A stretch of 64,000 nt of DNA from assembly GCA_963665295.1 (NCBI GenBank), contig OY762209.1, positions 3,392,001 to 3,456,000 of the forward strand, read 5' to 3'. Under the pieces are notes generated by a model. It saw only the letters and a program-made list of their open reading frames with translations. It did not search any database and was not told where the DNA came from. The position numbers and the translations under genes were made by a program. Below, piece by piece: positions 8,600 to 18,145 of the stretch (within the stretch, counting starts at the first letter, position 1; the number at the start of each line of letters is the position of its first letter). The stretch is from Syntrophorhabdaceae bacterium (GTDB taxonomy: Bacteria; Desulfobacterota; Syntrophorhabdia; Syntrophorhabdales; Syntrophorhabdaceae).

Positions 8600-11266
8600 A
8601 TGGAGGAGATCAATTTCAGCATTAATGGCCTGCCCATAAAGGTTATTTCCGACCCGAAGAAGACTTTGCTCAAAGTACTTCGGGAAGACCTCCACCTGAC
8701 TGGAACCAAGGAAGGGTGCTCCGCAGGCCACTGCGGCACTTGTGCCGTACTCGTGGACGGAGAAATTGTCATGTCGTGCCACTATCCGCTGGAAAAGGCA
8801 CGGAACAAGAAGGTGGTAACCATTGAGGGCATAGGGACACTGGAGAAACCTCATCCTATTCAGATAGCATTTGCGGTAAACGGCGCGGTCCAGTGCGGGT
8901 TCTGCACGCCGGGCATGATCATCCGGGCTAAATGGCTTCTCGACAAGAATCCTAAGCCCTCACGGGAGGAGATAACGTCGGCGATCCAGCCCCATCTCTG
9001 CCGGTGCACAGGTTATGTCAGGATTGTTGACGCCATAGAGACGGCCGGCGCGTTCCTCCGGAATGAGATCAGATCCATGGAGCCGGATAAAGGCAAAGGT
9101 ATACTCGGCGAGCGGGTTCCGCGGCGCGATGCCCTGGAAAAGGCAACAGGCGCGACGCTCTTTGTCGATGATATCCCTATTAGCGGTGTGGCCCATATCA
9201 AGGTGGTAAGAAGTCCCCACCATCACGCAAGGATTGTGAATATAGATACGCAGCAGGCCCAATCGGTGCCGGGCGTGCTTGCCGTACTCACATCAGAGGA
9301 CGTAAAGGGGACCAACATCCTCAAGATGGCAGGTGACGATCAACCCATCCTCTGCGGTTTAAAGGTTCGGATGGTCGGCGACCCCGTGGCAGCGGTAGTT
9401 GCCGTCACGGAAAACGCGGCACGCGAAGCCCGGGAAAAGGTTAAAGTGACATACGAAGAACTGCCTGCGGTAGCCACCCATGAAGATGCGCTCAAGGAGG
9501 GCGCGCCCCAAGTCCACGACGGCAAGGCCAATCTCTTCTTTGATCAGCCTATCGTCTATGGCGATGTGGAAAAGGGCTTCGAAGACGCGGACGTAACGGT
9601 AGAGGGCGACTTTTCGACCCAGGTTATAGAGCATGGCTATCTGGAGACCGATTCCGGCGTTGCCTACATCCATGAGAACGGACAGCTCGTGGTCATGACA
9701 CCCAGCCAGAACATCTATGCCCACAGGAATGCAATAGCCGGCGCCGTCGGGCTGCCGCCGGAAAAGGTTCGCATGATCCAGACGGTGACGGGCGGCGCCT
9801 TTGGCGGCAAACTGGACGTTTCGGTCGGAGGAATTCTCGCGGCGGCCGCACTGGCCCTCCGGCGGCCCGTAAAGCTGGTATACACGAGGGAAGAGGTGTT
9901 TGCGGCCACCACAAAGCGCCACGCCTTCCATATGAAGGCCAGGATCGGCGCAAGGAGGGACGGCACGCTTACCGCTTTTCAAATGGACCTCATCGCGGAC
10001 GGAGGCGCCTATAAATCGTTTTCGGGGAGCGTGGTAACGCGAGGCATCGTCCACTCGAGCGGTCCCTACAGGTATGAGAGCGCCAAGGTGCGTGGGAGGG
10101 CGGTCTACACAAATTCGGCCATAAAGGGCGCTATGAGAGGTTTCGGGGTCCCCCAGACGATCTTTGTGACAGACTCCATTCTTGACGAAATTGCGGAGAA
10201 GATTGGAATGGACCCCTTTGAACTGAGGCTGAAGAACGCCTATGTCCCGGGTGACACGACCATCTGCGCACAGGGTCTTGACCATGGCTTTGGCTTCAGG
10301 GAATGCTTCGAGGGGCTGCGTCCCCACTATGAAAGGGCGGTAAAAGAGGCCAAGACCGCGTCTACGGACGCCGTAAGGAGAGGGGTGGGCCTGGGCACTG
10401 TCTTTTTCGGACCGGGAAGAAGCTCCCCGGACCAGTCTGAGGCGTGGGCGGAACTCCTGCCCGACGACAGGCTCCAGGTCTGGATCGGTTCGGCCGACAT
10501 GGGGCAAGGCTCCGATACCATGTTCTGGCAAATAGCGGCAGAGGCCTTCAATTACCCTCTCGAAAAGGTGGTTGTCTGCACCACGGACACGAACCACGTG
10601 CCTGACGGGAACTTTTCTGCCGGGAGCCGCCAGACTTACGTTTCCGGAAAGGCCGTCCAAAAGGTGGTGGAGCAGTTGAAAAACACCATGGAAGAGAATG
10701 GGTGCAAGACGTACTCGGATATGAAGGAAAAGGGCATCTCCCCCATAAGCAAACTGGTGCATCATACTGCAACTACAAAACTGGACCCTGTGGATGGACA
10801 CGGTACGCCATGGGAAACCTACTCCTTTGGAATCCAGTTGGCCGAGGTGGCGGTAGACGTGAAGACGGGCCGCATAGACGTATTGAAAATAACCGCCGCC
10901 CACGACTTGGGAAGGATTATCAACAGGATCAACTGTGACGGTCAGATGTTTGGCGGGATAGCGATGGGAATGGGCTATGCCCTCTCGGAAGAGTACCGGT
11001 ACAATGAAACGAAGAGCTTCGCCGGATTCAGAATGCCGAGGGCTAAAGACATTCCCGACATGGAAATAGTCTACATCGAAGTGCCCCGGGAGAACGGGCC
11101 CTTCGGCGCCTCCGGGGCGGGCGAGTTTGCAGACGTCCCCACGGCACCCGCCATTGCCAACGCGGTGTATAATGCGTGCGGCGTGCGCGTGCGCCATCTC
11201 CCCATTACCAAGGAGAAGGTTAAGGCCGCCCTCGCCGCAAAACCGGTTGGGAGACCGGGAGAGTAG
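8600..11266 (+). CDS. Xanthine-oxidase-family molybdopterin oxidoreductase, fused 2x[2Fe-2S] plus Mo domains (Mop/aldehyde oxidoreductase architecture)
   Basis: GTKEGCSAGHCGTC, QCGFCTPG, LCRCTGY, GGAFGGK, AMRGFG.PQ, DMGQG, GSRQT and GAGE (catalytic Glu); no FAD domain. Confidence 0.9.
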   Translation: MEEINFSINGLPIKVISDPKKTLLKVLREDLHLTGTKEGCSAGHCGTCAVLVDGEIVMSCHYPLEKARNKKVVTIEGIGTLEKPHPIQIAFAVNGAVQCGFCTPGMIIRAKWLLDKNPKPSREEITSAIQPHLCRCTGYVRIVDAIETAGAFLRNEIRSMEPDKGKGILGERVPRRDALEKATGATLFVDDIPISGVAHIKVVRSPHHHARIVNIDTQQAQSVPGVLAVLTSEDVKGTNILKMAGDDQPILCGLKVRMVGDPVAAVVAVTENAAREAREKVKVTYEELPAVATHEDALKEGAPQVHDGKANLFFDQPIVYGDVEKGFEDADVTVEGDFSTQVIEHGYLETDSGVAYIHENGQLVVMTPSQNIYAHRNAIAGAVGLPPEKVRMIQTVTGGAFGGKLDVSVGGILAAAALALRRPVKLVYTREEVFAATTKRHAFHMKARIGARRDGTLTAFQMDLIADGGAYKSFSGSVVTRGIVHSSGPYRYESAKVRGRAVYTNSAIKGAMRGFGVPQTIFVTDSILDEIAEKIGMDPFELRLKNAYVPGDTTICAQGLDHGFGFRECFEGLRPHYERAVKEAKTASTDAVRRGVGLGTVFFGPGRSSPDQSEAWAELLPDDRLQVWIGSADMGQGSDTMFWQIAAEAFNYPLEKVVVCTTDTNHVPDGNFSAGSRQTYVSGKAVQKVVEQLKNTMEENGCKTYSDMKEKGISPISKLVHHTATTKLDPVDGHGTPWETYSFGIQLAEVAVDVKTGRIDVLKITAAHDLGRIINRINCDGQMFGGIAMGMGYALSEEYRYNETKSFAGFRMPRAKDIPDMEIVYIEVPRENGPFGASGAGEFADVPTAPAIANAVYNACGVRVRHLPITKEKVKAALAAKPVGRPGE

Positions 11267-11282
11267 AATCCGTCATGGGACC

Positions 11283-11314
11283 GGCGCCCCTTGTGGTCTA
11301 TTATGAGGGGCGCC
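11283..11314. terminator. Hairpin between convergent genes, possible bidirectional terminator
   Basis: ggcgccccttgtgg-tct-attatgaggggcgcc inverted repeat with G-U pairs. Confidence 0.45.
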
Positions 11315-11383
11315 CGCCTTCGTCTGTTCCGATCCTTTCTCGTCGCCTTTTTTAGCTGCCACAGCCCTTCGGAACGGGCCTGA

Positions 11384-12496
11384 TCACGGCGGAGCTTCCC
11401 GCCAGAGCACCATGGCATCGTTGCCGGCTGTAGGGTAATCAAAGGCGCTTTGCCCGGCGGTGGCGTCCCAGGTGATCCTGGAGCCCTTTGGACCGTACAT
11501 ATTGATGGATTTCGCCGCTACCGCCCCCACGATCTCCGCGGTCGCGTTGAGGCTGACGGAAGCGTCGGGCGCATAGATGGCCCCCCTGAAATTGGAGGCA
11601 TCGTTAAGCTGAGCATTCCCTCCTGGTGTTACTATGACGAGGAGATTTGATGCGCTTGGCGCGCTCCAGTTGAAGTTGGATGATTTGTTCATCTCGAAAT
11701 TATTTGTGTAGATTGTAACATTGCCATTCGCGGTTATATTTACGGTACTGCTTTTGTTCAGGTGAAAGGAGGAACAATAATACTTCCCCGGCTGTAAAGT
11801 GGAGGTGCTCCCATTATATTCGCATCCGCTCGAGGGCGCGGAAAGGCCGCCGGGCGTAGCCACGGGCGCCAATGCGGAACTGCCGGTCATTACGCACGGA
11901 CTGCAGGGCGCGCCTGCGTCGACCGACACGGCGCAGGTTTGTGCGGTTCTGGCCGGCGGTGAAGGACACAGGATCTTTGCGCCGCCATAAAGACTGATGG
12001 TGTTGCCCTCGCTGGTAGCCGCGTGTTCACTCAGAGGGCTGCCCGGACATGTAACCATTTGGTCGATAACCCTCGTTGCCCCGGCAATCCTGCCTGTAGA
12101 GCGTATACATCGCTGGTTGGCCGATAGCGTTTCGGAGCCTGACGGGCAGGGGAAACATGGCGGTCCGCACTTTGAGAGATGTACGTCGAACTTGCCTGAG
12201 TCTTTCGCCCACTTCCGTTCGGAGCTAAGGAAGAAGTCGAGGGAGCAGTCGTCTTCACCTGAATATCCCGGTGGGTCACTTTTGCAGGTATCCTTGTATC
12301 TTTTTATGCCCCTCTCAAGGCCGCCTTCGGCGATAAACTGCGCTCGCATGGAAGCAAGATGCACGGTGGTATTTGCCCGTTTGTTAGTGAAGAGGCTGGT
12401 CGTAAGCAACCCGAGAAAACTTATTATGGTAACGATTACTATCGCGGCGATGAGAGATATCCCCGCATTATTCTCTATACAATTTACTCTGCGCAT
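11384..12496 (-). CDS. PilX/MshP-like minor pilin with Cys-rich and beta-repeat C-terminal domain
   Basis: G|ISLIAAIVIV prepilin-like N-terminus without Glu5, RAQFIAEGG motif, IRSTG, GAIYAPDA and C-terminal WRE. Confidence 0.75.
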   Translation of the reverse strand: MRRVNCIENNAGISLIAAIVIVTIISFLGLLTTSLFTNKRANTTVHLASMRAQFIAEGGLERGIKRYKDTCKSDPPGYSGEDDCSLDFFLSSERKWAKDSGKFDVHLSKCGPPCFPCPSGSETLSANQRCIRSTGRIAGATRVIDQMVTCPGSPLSEHAATSEGNTISLYGGAKILCPSPPARTAQTCAVSVDAGAPCSPCVMTGSSALAPVATPGGLSAPSSGCEYNGSTSTLQPGKYYCSSFHLNKSSTVNITANGNVTIYTNNFEMNKSSNFNWSAPSASNLLVIVTPGGNAQLNDASNFRGAIYAPDASVSLNATAEIVGAVAAKSINMYGPKGSRITWDATAGQSAFDYPTAGNDAMVLWREAPP

Positions 12497-12919
12497 CAGC
12501 GGTTATCAGGACCGTTTCTTAGAAACACGGTGGTCTGCAGCAATACGTCGGTCGGTTTGTCCTGTTGAGCCTGCTTGACCGGCACCTCCAGGCGAATCTG
12601 CACGAGCCATATCTGCCTGGCCTTTGTGAGCGACGACGGTACCGTCAAAACCATTGGAGGTATCCGAGATATCGACCGTCCGTATTTCCCTTACCATTCG
12701 GGCCATGGCAAGTTCTGCCTGGGTATTCGCGTCCGTTATCTGCTGCAGCGAAAAGAAGGCGTTGAACCCCGAGACAAAAATAGGTCTCACCACCAGGGAG
12801 ATAACGCCCACCAGAATAATGACAGTGATAAGCTCTATGAGGGAAAACCCTTTTTGAGAACCATAAAACCCTTTCATCCCCTTCGCAGGCCGTCCTCCCG
12901 ATCTAAGAAAGCGAAACAC
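12496..12919 (-). pseudogene. PilW/MshO-like minor pilin, frameshifted (probably with internal deletion)
   Basis: The N-terminus GFSLIELITVII...AMARMVREIR is in one frame. A pilin-typical C-terminus IWLVQIRLEV...LQTTVFLRN is in another frame, ending at TGA 12498-12496 which overlaps the ATG of the next gene. Confidence 0.7.
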
Positions 12920-12927
12920 TTCACTGT

Positions 12928-13416
12928 TCAGTTCGCCACAAGGAGCACTCCGTCGGCCACATGAGTTCCGTTGTGTGACACCTGGACGCTAATTCGTTTG
13001 TAGTTGACATCCGCATCCCACGGCCATGCATCTACTTTCGTGGTCCTCGTATAGCCATTTCCAAGAGGCTCGTCCGGATAACGGGATGTATTGATGTCGG
13101 TGAAAGCCATACCATGACTCCTTTTCTCTGCATAAATTCTTTCCAGTTTCTCCTGAACATACTGTGTGCCGACTGCAATTTCAAAGGGCTGGGGGGTGTT
13201 GTTTGACACGACACAATTGGTGACAATGGCAAAAAGGCCGATAACCGCAACCGAAATGATAACGATTGAGCAAATGGTCTCAATAAGCGTGAATCCGCGC
13301 TCTTTTGATCCCGCCAATCGAAGCGAGATGGCGTTCCTGTCGGCCGTAGCAATAGCAGTCGGGTTTCTTAATGACATGATCCTATTAAGCCTATCCCCTC
13401 CGGAAGAAATGATCAA
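12928..13416 (-). CDS. PilV/MshD-like prepilin (true start uncertain, possibly ATG 13377)
   Basis: ERG|FTLIETICSIVII methylation motif, QEKLERI, and C-terminal YKRISVQVS. Confidence 0.8.
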   Translation of the reverse strand: MIISSGGDRLNRIMSLRNPTAIATADRNAISLRLAGSKERGFTLIETICSIVIISVAVIGLFAIVTNCVVSNNTPQPFEIAVGTQYVQEKLERIYAEKRSHGMAFTDINTSRYPDEPLGNGYTRTTKVDAWPWDADVNYKRISVQVSHNGTHVADGVLLVAN

Positions 13417-13917
13417 GAAAATTATTACCTAATAAATAAGTATGGATATAAATCATCTAAATGCGACAAAATTGAACATTTTCTCACGGGCAGGAATCAT
13501 TTGGTTTATCCGTTCCTTGCGTGCCGCGCAGACACTTGATATCAAGAATGGACCGGATTGAAGCAGCCTTATGATATGTGCAGTTTTGAAACGGGCCCTT
13601 GCCGGTGAAAAATACGATCTCCGCGGGAGCACGTTGTCCGCAGGATTGTATGTACTTACCTTACTATTGAAGCGTGTGAAGTCCTGAAGAGGAAGGGAAG
13701 GCCGGCTTGCGGCGCTCCCTGAAGGATGCAGGTGGTCCTCATATGCCTGTTGGTTGACGGATCTTGAACATATGTAATACGGAAGGTTATCAGCACCGGG
13801 GACGGGCCGTGCATTTCGATTGACATCGCGGGCCGGTCCGGTTCAGGAGATATTATGGAGCTGCCGGATACTCCGGTGAGACGAAGTTATGCCGGATTCA
13901 GATAAAGGAGGGGCAAT

Positions 13918-14859
13918 ATGACCAGTATTGAGAAGATCGGTGATTTCCAGAAGGAGTTTGTCGAGGCGGTGCGTGCCAGGGCGGACGGCATTTTTGCACA
14001 CTGGGACCTTGACAAGGAGAGGGATTCAGGGAAGCAGTACCCGAGGTATCTCTCGGCGAACCTCGCTCCCCTCATCGAGGCCATCGAACCATTGAACATG
14101 GCGAATAATGTGTTCAGAAACATTCTGGCCGAATTCAACAGCGACGTGAAGAAGCTTCTGGTAAGCAGGAGCCCCGCCGAATTCATGCGGAATATCGGTC
14201 AGTTATGGCAGGTTGATGCGCTAGAGGGCATCCCGGGTGTCATTGAGGGACTAGTGAAGACCAATCTCGACCTCGCCTTGTCCTTCGGCATCTCATTCCC
14301 GCATTTGTCGGGTGCGAACACCTCCCTCTATGGGGAGGCCCTTCTGGAGTACCTCTTTAGCGACCATGGGTACCGGACGGTTTCCGGCAGGTGCATTCAG
14401 GCCCCAAAGCTTTTCAGCGCCCTTGAATGGGATGCGTCTGCGTCGTCCAACACCGGTGTTGGGGGAGTCAACGAAGAAATTGAAACGATCAAGAGCATGC
14501 TGAAGGACCTTGAAAGACAGGTGAGGACTACGCGGGGCGAGATGACTGCGGAACGCTACCTTCGGGATATCGCCAGGGTATGTGTAGAGGTAACGGGCGA
14601 CCGGATGTATGATCTCGAGGGGCGCTATGAAAGGTTGAAAAAGAAGCACGCCGGAAATCACGAGGCAAAACTTGTCAGTTGGTTCGACTCCTTCGGCAAT
14701 CTCGCCGAGGCCACTATTTTGCCTGCCGTGGAAACCGCATTGTCCGGCATCGGGACCATTCAACTGAACCCCAAGATAGTGACGGCCCTCGCTACGTTCT
14801 GTTCGGTTACGGTGAGAAAGGCAACGGAACACGCATACCTGCAGGTGATCGGCTTTTAG
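13918..14859 (+). CDS. Hypothetical protein (313 aa, no recognised family)
   Basis: Long ORF with RBS aaggagg and protein-like composition. Confidence 0.7.
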   Translation: MTSIEKIGDFQKEFVEAVRARADGIFAHWDLDKERDSGKQYPRYLSANLAPLIEAIEPLNMANNVFRNILAEFNSDVKKLLVSRSPAEFMRNIGQLWQVDALEGIPGVIEGLVKTNLDLALSFGISFPHLSGANTSLYGEALLEYLFSDHGYRTVSGRCIQAPKLFSALEWDASASSNTGVGGVNEEIETIKSMLKDLERQVRTTRGEMTAERYLRDIARVCVEVTGDRMYDLEGRYERLKKKHAGNHEAKLVSWFDSFGNLAEATILPAVETALSGIGTIQLNPKIVTALATFCSVTVRKATEHAYLQVIGF

Positions 14860-14933
14860 CTGCCGGATCGAGGCGCCGTGCGGGAGATGATGGGTCCCCA
14901 CTTCCCCTCTTCATGGACTGCGTGGCCGTCAGG

Positions 14934-16583
14934 TCAATAATTCGTGATCAAATATCTTTCGCTCCCGAATCCGATCACCTTTATTCTATCCCCCAGCAAC
15001 CCCTGAAGGACTTTGAGCCTCTTCTTGCCCAGGACGACGACGACGCGGGTGTCCGAAGAAAAGAGCTTCGTGAATTCGGCCTGGGTCATAAAGGAGTCCC
15101 TTGCATCTTCATATTTGGACCCCATTTCGAGTTCACCCGTGTAGGCAGCGATCACCACGCGTTTTTTTGTGTAGAAGGGCAGTGTCTCGTCATAACCGCC
15201 ATAGTTTACGACATATTCCGGAGAGGGGCTTCTGTCGTTGATGATGGCGGCGAGTCTTTTTGTGGTATTGAGTTTGTCTATCGTGTCGCTGTTACACATA
15301 ATCATCACCACGAGAACGCCGGAAAAGACCGTCAAACAAGGAAAGAGCAGGGAAAACCTGCTGATCCGCTTCAGGATGAGGGCGGCGAGGAGAAGGAACG
15401 ACATCACGGAGAGCCCTATGGAGAAACCTTTCATGTCGCCCATGATCTGTTGCGCCTCGGCGGAAACGGTTCGTATGTAAGAGGTAAAGGCGGCGCTTCC
15501 GTAGAGAAACACGGATAAGGCGAGGACGGCAAAAATAGTTATATACGAGGCCATCTCGGGCTTGCCGCCCCTTTCTTTCCATCTGTCATGGAACAGGGAC
15601 CCGATAATGAGCGCCATGGGTGGGAACACAGGGAGAATATAAGGGGGAAGCTTGGACTTCGATATGCTGAAGAAGACGAAGACCACGATCGTCCATATAA
15701 AGAAAAGCCTCAACTCCTTCCTGTTCCAAAGCTGTATGAAGCATCTGGGGATGAAGATGGACCACGGGAGCATTCCTCCGAAAAGGACGGGGAAGAAATA
15801 GAAGAGCGACCCCGTTCTCTTGTGCTTCGACGTGAGGAACCGGAGAAAATTCTGGTCGACGACGAAGAAGTAGAGAAATTCCTTTTCTCTCATGGATATG
15901 GCGATGATCCAGGGAAGGATGACCGCCAGATAGACGGCGAGCCCCCTAATCCACTTCAACTCCTTCAGAAAACCTATGTTTCTTTCCGTGAGGAGAAAGA
16001 TGAAAACAGTGCCCCCTGAGAGTATTACGGCGGCAGGGCCCTTTGTGAGCGTAGCGAACCCCAGGGCTGCGTAAAAGAGGTATATGAAAAGCGGTTTGCC
16101 CTCGCGGTAATACCCGTAGAAGAACAGGAGCGAAAGGAAGAGCCAGAGGGTGAAGAACATGTCGGTGGTCACGATCCTTGCCATGATGAAAAATCCGAGG
16201 GAGGACATGAGTATTATGGAAGAAAGAAAGGCCGTTTCCCGGCCGAGCCATCGTCTCGCCCCAAAATACAGGGCGATTACACAGAGAAAAGCCGAGAAGG
16301 CGTTGGGGAACCTGAAGGACCATTCGTGTATGCCGAAGGCCTTGTACGAAAGGGCGACGGCCCAGTAAAAGAGGGGGGGTTTCTCGAAGTACCGGACATA
16401 GTCGAGGTGAGGCACCACATAGTCGTTCAGTTCCACCATTTCCCTGGGTATTTCGGCATACCTGCCCTCGTCGGGCTCTTTGAGGGAATAGGAATGTATT
16501 CCGTAAAAGAAGAAGACGAAGGCAAGGAGGACGAGTACGGTGATATGGAATATCTCAACGGCGTTTCCGTTCCTGATCTTCAT
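14934..16583 (-). CDS. ArnT-like lipid-carrier-dependent glycosyltransferase (GT-C fold)
   Basis: EPDEGRYAEIPREM, YFEKPPLFYW, TKGP and SKLPPYILP motifs; many TM segments. Confidence 0.9.
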   Translation of the reverse strand: MKIRNGNAVEIFHITVLVLLAFVFFFYGIHSYSLKEPDEGRYAEIPREMVELNDYVVPHLDYVRYFEKPPLFYWAVALSYKAFGIHEWSFRFPNAFSAFLCVIALYFGARRWLGRETAFLSSIILMSSLGFFIMARIVTTDMFFTLWLFLSLLFFYGYYREGKPLFIYLFYAALGFATLTKGPAAVILSGGTVFIFLLTERNIGFLKELKWIRGLAVYLAVILPWIIAISMREKEFLYFFVVDQNFLRFLTSKHKRTGSLFYFFPVLFGGMLPWSIFIPRCFIQLWNRKELRLFFIWTIVVFVFFSISKSKLPPYILPVFPPMALIIGSLFHDRWKERGGKPEMASYITIFAVLALSVFLYGSAAFTSYIRTVSAEAQQIMGDMKGFSIGLSVMSFLLLAALILKRISRFSLLFPCLTVFSGVLVVMIMCNSDTIDKLNTTKRLAAIINDRSPSPEYVVNYGGYDETLPFYTKKRVVIAAYTGELEMGSKYEDARDSFMTQAEFTKLFSSDTRVVVVLGKKRLKVLQGLLGDRIKVIGFGSERYLITNY

Positions 16584-18145
16584 GGTGTCACATCCCGGTC
16601 ATACCTGGAAAAGACCATGACCGTCTCCCCGATCCTTTCTTCGAACTGGGGCCGGACCCCTGGAAGGGCCGCCGTGACTTCGTTCATGTCCCTTTTTCTT
16701 GTGAGGATGAAAAAGCTTTTCAACTCCCTGCCGAGGGCGATCAGTTTCTTTGTATCGTGTTCATCCACATGGGTTGCATAGGCACCTGCGTAGTACACGT
16801 AGACGCCCCTCATGCTCCCGTAGTATACCCAGGGCGTCCCTCCGATGATATAGGGTTTCATCTTTTCCGCCACCCGTTTTGGAGATTTATAGGGGTTAAA
16901 CTTCCCGTAAATTGATGCGTTTGCCGTGCCATAGCAGAGGACCATGAACAGGGCGACCGCTGCAAAGGCATGGAAGGGTTTTTTCTTCCAGGTGTAAAAG
17001 GCGAGGGCAAGGGAGGCCGCCAGGGAAAAGATACCTATACATAGCCTTTCGGGATAGAACTGCGGGTACCAGCCGGGCCGGTAAAGAAAGAGAAGCCAGC
17101 CAAGGGCAAAGAAGAGCATAGACAGGAAAAAGAACACCCCGTTGCGGTATTTGCTTCGCTCCTCAAGGAACACGGAACCGGCAATCAGTGAGATAGCGGG
17201 AAAGAGGGGTAGCATGTACTTGCTTATCTTTCCGGACGACAGGGAAAGGAAGAGAAACATCCATGCGGACCAGATCAGGAAATATGCGGTCTTGGGCTTC
17301 TCTCTGAGATTCGTCATGCAGAGATAGACACCCATGGGGAGGAACAGGCTCCAGGGGAAGAAATCCATGGGGAGGGTTGTGAGGTAGTAGTAGAAGGGCC
17401 TCTTGTGACTCCAGGCGTCGGCGAACCTCAGGAAGTTCTGCCGGATGATGTTTTCATACAGATAGGGAAACCCTTCCCAGCAATAGACCGCCGCATACCA
17501 GGGCAGGACTATTGCCGCAAGGATCAGGAGCCCGATATATGTCTCCTTTTGTCTGACGAGGGAAAAATCCTTCCGGAAGAGAAGATATATGGCGATTGCG
17601 GGAAAGGTCAGGGCTATTGACAAGGGGCCTTTGGTCATGAAAGCAAGTGCCGTGAAGACGAAGAAGAGATAATAGAATGCCCTCGAACCGTCCCGGCTGA
17701 ACCGGAAAAAGGAGAGCATGGCACTCGCCGTGAATACGGCAAACACCATGTCCACCTGAAGGTACCGTGCCTGCCAGTAATAAAGCGGTGCGGTAATGAG
17801 AATGGTCACGGAGATCATGGATTCTTTGATTCCGAAAAACCTCCGGACCACGGCGAAGAAGAATATGGCACAGCCCGCAGCCAGAAGGGCCGTGGGTATT
17901 CTCATGGACGTCTCATCCCTCAGAAACGGGAGCGCCCTGTGGGACCCGTAGGTTATGTAGTAGAAAAGAGGCGGTTTTTCGCCATAGGGGCTGTTGTTGA
18001 GATGGGGCACCACGGGATGGTATTCCGTCTCCCGGGCTATTTCGGCGAAATCCCCCTCGTCGGGCGCCCAGAAATCCCGTGACTGGGTGTTGTAGAGAAA
18101 GAGAAACGAACAGATGATACATAAGGCAAGGACCGGCCATTTCAT
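16580..18145 (-). CDS. Second ArnT-like glycosyltransferase
   Basis: APDEGDFAEIARE, YGEKPPLFYY, TKGP, H.RPFYYY and K.SKYMLP motifs; ATGA overlaps with its neighbours. Confidence 0.9.
   Translation of the reverse strand: MKWPVLALCIICSFLFLYNTQSRDFWAPDEGDFAEIARETEYHPVVPHLNNSPYGEKPPLFYYITYGSHRALPFLRDETSMRIPTALLAAGCAIFFFAVVRRFFGIKESMISVTILITAPLYYWQARYLQVDMVFAVFTASAMLSFFRFSRDGSRAFYYLFFVFTALAFMTKGPLSIALTFPAIAIYLLFRKDFSLVRQKETYIGLLILAAIVLPWYAAVYCWEGFPYLYENIIRQNFLRFADAWSHKRPFYYYLTTLPMDFFPWSLFLPMGVYLCMTNLREKPKTAYFLIWSAWMFLFLSLSSGKISKYMLPLFPAISLIAGSVFLEERSKYRNGVFFFLSMLFFALGWLLFLYRPGWYPQFYPERLCIGIFSLAASLALAFYTWKKKPFHAFAAVALFMVLCYGTANASIYGKFNPYKSPKRVAEKMKPYIIGGTPWVYYGSMRGVYVYYAGAYATHVDEHDTKKLIALGRELKSFFILTRKRDMNEVTAALPGVRPQFEERIGETVMVFSRYDRDVTP

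Noticed and set aside
9359..11197. 612-aa minus-strand ORF (similarly 839..2077 and 59423..60703)
   Set aside because: Antisense shadows of conserved enzymes, expected from GC-rich codon bias.
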